Below are positions 60,657 to 64,000 of a DNA stretch of 64,000 bases, in pieces; within the stretch, counting starts at the first letter, position 1; each line of letters opens with the position of its first letter. Below the pieces are notes generated by a model. It saw only the letters and a program-made list of their open reading frames with translations. It had not been told where the DNA came from and searched no databases. Position numbers and translations under genes: made by a program. This stretch comes from Ramazzottius varieornatus (Eukaryota; Animalia; Tardigrada), in the NCBI GenBank assembly GCA_001949185.1, contig BDGG01000002.1:4578448-4642447 (forward strand). Direction: 5' to 3'.

Positions 60657-61037
60657 TTAGCGATGTAGCGAGCGATGATAGTTACCTGACATTCCCTGCG
60701 AGCTGGGAAAGCCAGACTGGGTGAACTGCGACTGCTGCATCATGGAAGGTCCCCCACCCAGATGGTCCATGCTGCCTTGCAGCGGACCATACTGCGAGGG
60801 ATGGAAGCTATAAGGATAGGAAGGCATATGGGTACTTCCATAGGTGGCCATGCCCATCATGCTATGAGGGTTAGCGTGGCCCACTGCCGTGAAGCGGAAC
60901 TGGCTCTTGTCGAACTGCATGGGTTTCATCATGTCCGGCAGATTCATGCCGCGACTCATGCCCTTCTTGGACTTTGACGACAACTTGCGGTTGCGTGTTT
61001 GGATGCCTTCCTTCTTCATGGTGATGGGGCGGCTAAC
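60657..61037 (-). CDS. GATA1/2/3 (grain-like) transcription factor, terminal exon only
   Basis: cag|VSRPITMKKEGIQTRNRKLSSKSKK is the basic tail that follows the C-terminal zinc finger. Upstream exons were not found within the window. Confidence 0.85.
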   Translation of the reverse strand, partial: VSRPITMKKEGIQTRNRKLSSKSKKGMSRGMNLPDMMKPMQFDKSQFRFTAVGHANPHSMMGMATYGSTHMPSYPYSFHPSQYGPLQGSMDHLGGGPSMMQQSQFTQSGFPSSQGMSGNYHRSLHR

Positions 61038-61432
61038 CTGTAAAGAGCCAAGAGATGAGCAATTAGAATAGGCAGACTGACAGGGAATACTTTTCCGAAG
61101 TTACGATGTCCGCCAATGTTGCGCACATTGCCCAGCATGGAATGCCAAGAATGGCTGTAAACGATTATCCAATGGATTATTCTAGATGAATGATCTGTCA
61201 AGGCAGGCGCCCGCAATCTCCAACCAAAGACTCCATAAATCCATTGAAATATTCAACCCTCGCCACAATGACAGGCGTTTCATCAAAGTCACATCTTCGG
61301 CTATATCACTGCCCACTGTTTCACTATTTCCCCCACAAAAACAATACATTACGAATTCTGAGTTTCCCATCAAAATGATTTTTCCCACACTTGCCCATAA
61401 CACTTGACCACCATACCGTATAAATTTCAATC

Positions 61433-61559
61433 ATTGAGACGTGGACAAATGCCTTGAACCAGATCCCGATGTCAAGTGGCGCACATATCGATTGAGATTT
61501 GCCGAGAGTGTGCGCCACTTGAAAAACGATCGGTTCAATTCGTTTGCCCACGTCCCAGT
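61433..61559. repeat. Dispersed palindromic element, copy 8 (GATA intron)
   Basis: gagacgtggacaaatgccttgaaccagatc...caagtggcgca-N27-tgcgccacttgaaaaacgatcggttcaattcgtttgcccacgtccc. Confidence 0.85.
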
Positions 61560-62361
61560 TTTTAACCATGTGCAAATCGATGCGATAAATGAAAGATCTG
61601 CTTGTTCATCAATCAAGATCTTGCTCATCAATAACGATGCGCATGCTTTTATTTTTAAATTGAGCAGACCACATTTCCGTAAATTGATGGACCTTTTGAT
61701 GGCGTTGTGGTCAAGCCATGACAGCTTTGGAGGTAATGCACCTTGCGCCCATCACAACAATACGACGGGGCCACCACGATAGACTATCTGGCTTTTGCCA
61801 GATGCGCTTTGGATATATTGCTGGTTCGCATAATGAGTTCGCAGCGCAGACATTGTCGACATTAATTAAGACGTATTGATAAGCTGACGCACTTCCCTTC
61901 GAGGACACATCGCTGTCGTGCCGTCGTCGATGGACCACCCAGCTACCCTTTCTGACTCGCGCACTGTAAACCCTTCTAACGTTCCCCGAGGGACACATCA
62001 TTATCCTTTGCACTTCGGACTGACTAGTCTACCTTATAGTGAAAACATCGGACTGTGGCTCCATCATGGCCAGACAAACAAGGTGAAATGGTAGGATGGA
62101 CAACGTGACGGTATCATCCAAGGTGTCGTCTGGCTACTATGGCTAATCACACCGGGCGCCACTCGACCAATTAATGTTCACCCCTCGACGAGGAGCTTCT
62201 CATCGACGGCGAGAAGGGCGAAGAAGCCTTACCGCCATTCGCGACTACTCAAAAGCAGCCGTGCAAGATTCCACCGTCCGCCCTTCCGGCTCATCATTAC
62301 CATTCGCACTTTGCGATGATTCCCCCAAGAAATCTTCCAAGGGAAATCCAACCCTGAAACG

Positions 62362-62470
62362 ATTTGGGAGTTCGGCTGGAATGTTTTCCCAGGTGGCGCA
62401 CCGTTTTCGTGTAACTAGATAAAATCGTGCGCCATTTGGGGGAACGATTTCCTCGAGTTTGTTGGCCGAG
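62362..62470. repeat. Dispersed palindromic element, copy 9 (GATA intron)
   Basis: gttttcccaggtggcgca-N27-tgcgccatttgggggaacgat. Confidence 0.75.
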
Positions 62471-64000
62471 GTTTTCAAGTATTCCCACTTCCCTGCTTCA
62501 GTTTCATATAAACCAGAATACAAATAGTACAATGGATATTTCGAAGCCGACGCGTAATGCGGAAATGAACGGTTAATTACGAAAGTCTGCCCTGTCTAGA
62601 TTAGGCACCTCAGTCGGGAGATAATCTTCCCGAATCAGCCTTGCTCTGTTTCCGCTGTGCTTCTACTCAGCGATGGCGCATCCCGTCAAGCGTCGGCAGG
62701 GAAGGCTTCCCGACCTATCAAGCACGGCCGAACGCTTAGGAAGGGAATCACTGCGCCATTTCAGGCCTGTAATGAATGAAGCTCATAAACTGCCAATTAT
62801 GCACCAAGCCCGTAATTAGAAAATAATGCTAGGATGAGCCACTCCGCCCACTTTGACGGCCCGCTCGTCAACGTCCGACAGCTTCGTGGACAAACTCTAT
62901 CAGCTTGACATCTTCCACTGCAGACACTGAATATTCAAAAACATATCTCAACATATTACGCGAAAGATCGAAAACCGTTCTCTTTTACTTCAGAACAACA
63001 TTGAAGATTTTCTTCGGCTTTTATGGCTTTACAGCCGCAGTGAAATTGTCAATCATTATTTCATTGAGAGGGATTTTTGGATGCAAATGGACGTCTGATC
63101 AGTTCGGATGAGGCGTCTCTGAATTTTAATAAGCCAAATATTGCTTTCAACAGAGACTCGACAATGGTTGGCTCTAGACGAGACACTAACAAGCGGGGAA
63201 GATTACTCAACGTGACGGCAGCGGCGACTATCATTACCGAGGAAGATAATGGATTTTCCATATCATTAGGCTCACTATGCGGAAGCGTCATTCGGTTGTA
63301 ACTTTCAAATGCCATTCGATGGTTTCAAGGCAATCATTGGGCTATTTTGTATAATTCCAAAGAAAATGCGCTTCTGGCGCTTTTTCCTAGTGTCCGTGCG
63401 AGGTCCAAAGAGTTAACCAAGCCAAGAGTGAAACAAGAGATGGGTAATGTTGTTGAACGAGCGTCGTCAGCAGACTGTAAAGTGACATCCAGACAGATAT
63501 GCGAACATCTATGGTAGCCACCAAACGTCTAACATGTCCTCTGACTCTAGACTCCCCCACCCAGATCGTTAGAGCAAGCTGTGCTTGCATTCTAATGATG
63601 GCCAATTGATGTGGCCGCATGCTGTGCGCCACTCGACAGGTACCACAACTTTGGCCATCCTTTGCCCGCCTCAACTAGTCAGCTGTCGCCAGACAAATGA
63701 GCAACAATCTCATATTGTCTTGACCATGGCAAGCTTTACCTTCTGCCCGCTGCTTTCTGAATGGCTTATATACCTCCACGCTTCCGTGAGCCAGCAGCCG
63801 TAGCGGTCAACTTTTTTAATGAAGCCAATTATCGTTGACTTTCGCTACAGGAGCTTGGCTTCCCTCCCGACCTCAAAGTCAACACGCGGACATCTGCCGG
63901 CATTTATCCAGCGAGTACCCGCCAAAAACCCTACCACACATTTCACCTTTCCTTAACGTTTCAACAGAAGTCTAACTTATGTTTCTTACCCCGTGAAGTT

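Noticed and set aside
61186-62532. ORFs in the GATA intron as a transposase remnant
   Set aside because: No DDE or other transposase motif; the ORFs simply read through the palindromic repeats.

Overview
Eukaryotic (animal) genomic DNA from a compact, gene-dense genome with many short spliceosomal introns. The style is tardigrade-like, but that is inference and cannot be proven from this window. Genes in order: two unidentified spliced genes, two tandem catalytically dead astacin-like secreted proteins, an NK3/bagpipe homeobox gene, a soluble single-domain ACE, a clan-3 cytochrome P450, the bHLH gene Fer2, Rab11, ABCD4, two copies of a bacterial-type DJ-1/PfpI gene, CRF-binding protein, an HSD11B1-like SDR, a secreted low-complexity protein, a PP1 glycogen-targeting subunit, DHDH, Sec61-alpha, RuvBL1, ubiquitin-L40, TOM1, and the last exon of a GATA1/2/3 gene. 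The most notable non-genic signal is a dispersed palindromic element of about 130 bp, present in at least 9 copies, with a conserved core AAGTGGCGCA-N(~27)-TGCGCCACTT whose spacer length is fixed while its sequence varies. The 26-32 kb block is a rearrangement hotspot: a tandem duplication of a probable HGT gene, a near-identical exon-1 tract between the copies, an hAT-like element with an 8-bp TSD, and a chimeric 87-bp minisatellite partly built from an ABCD4 pseudo-exon. All gene models were spliced by eye; coordinates are overall CDS spans including introns.
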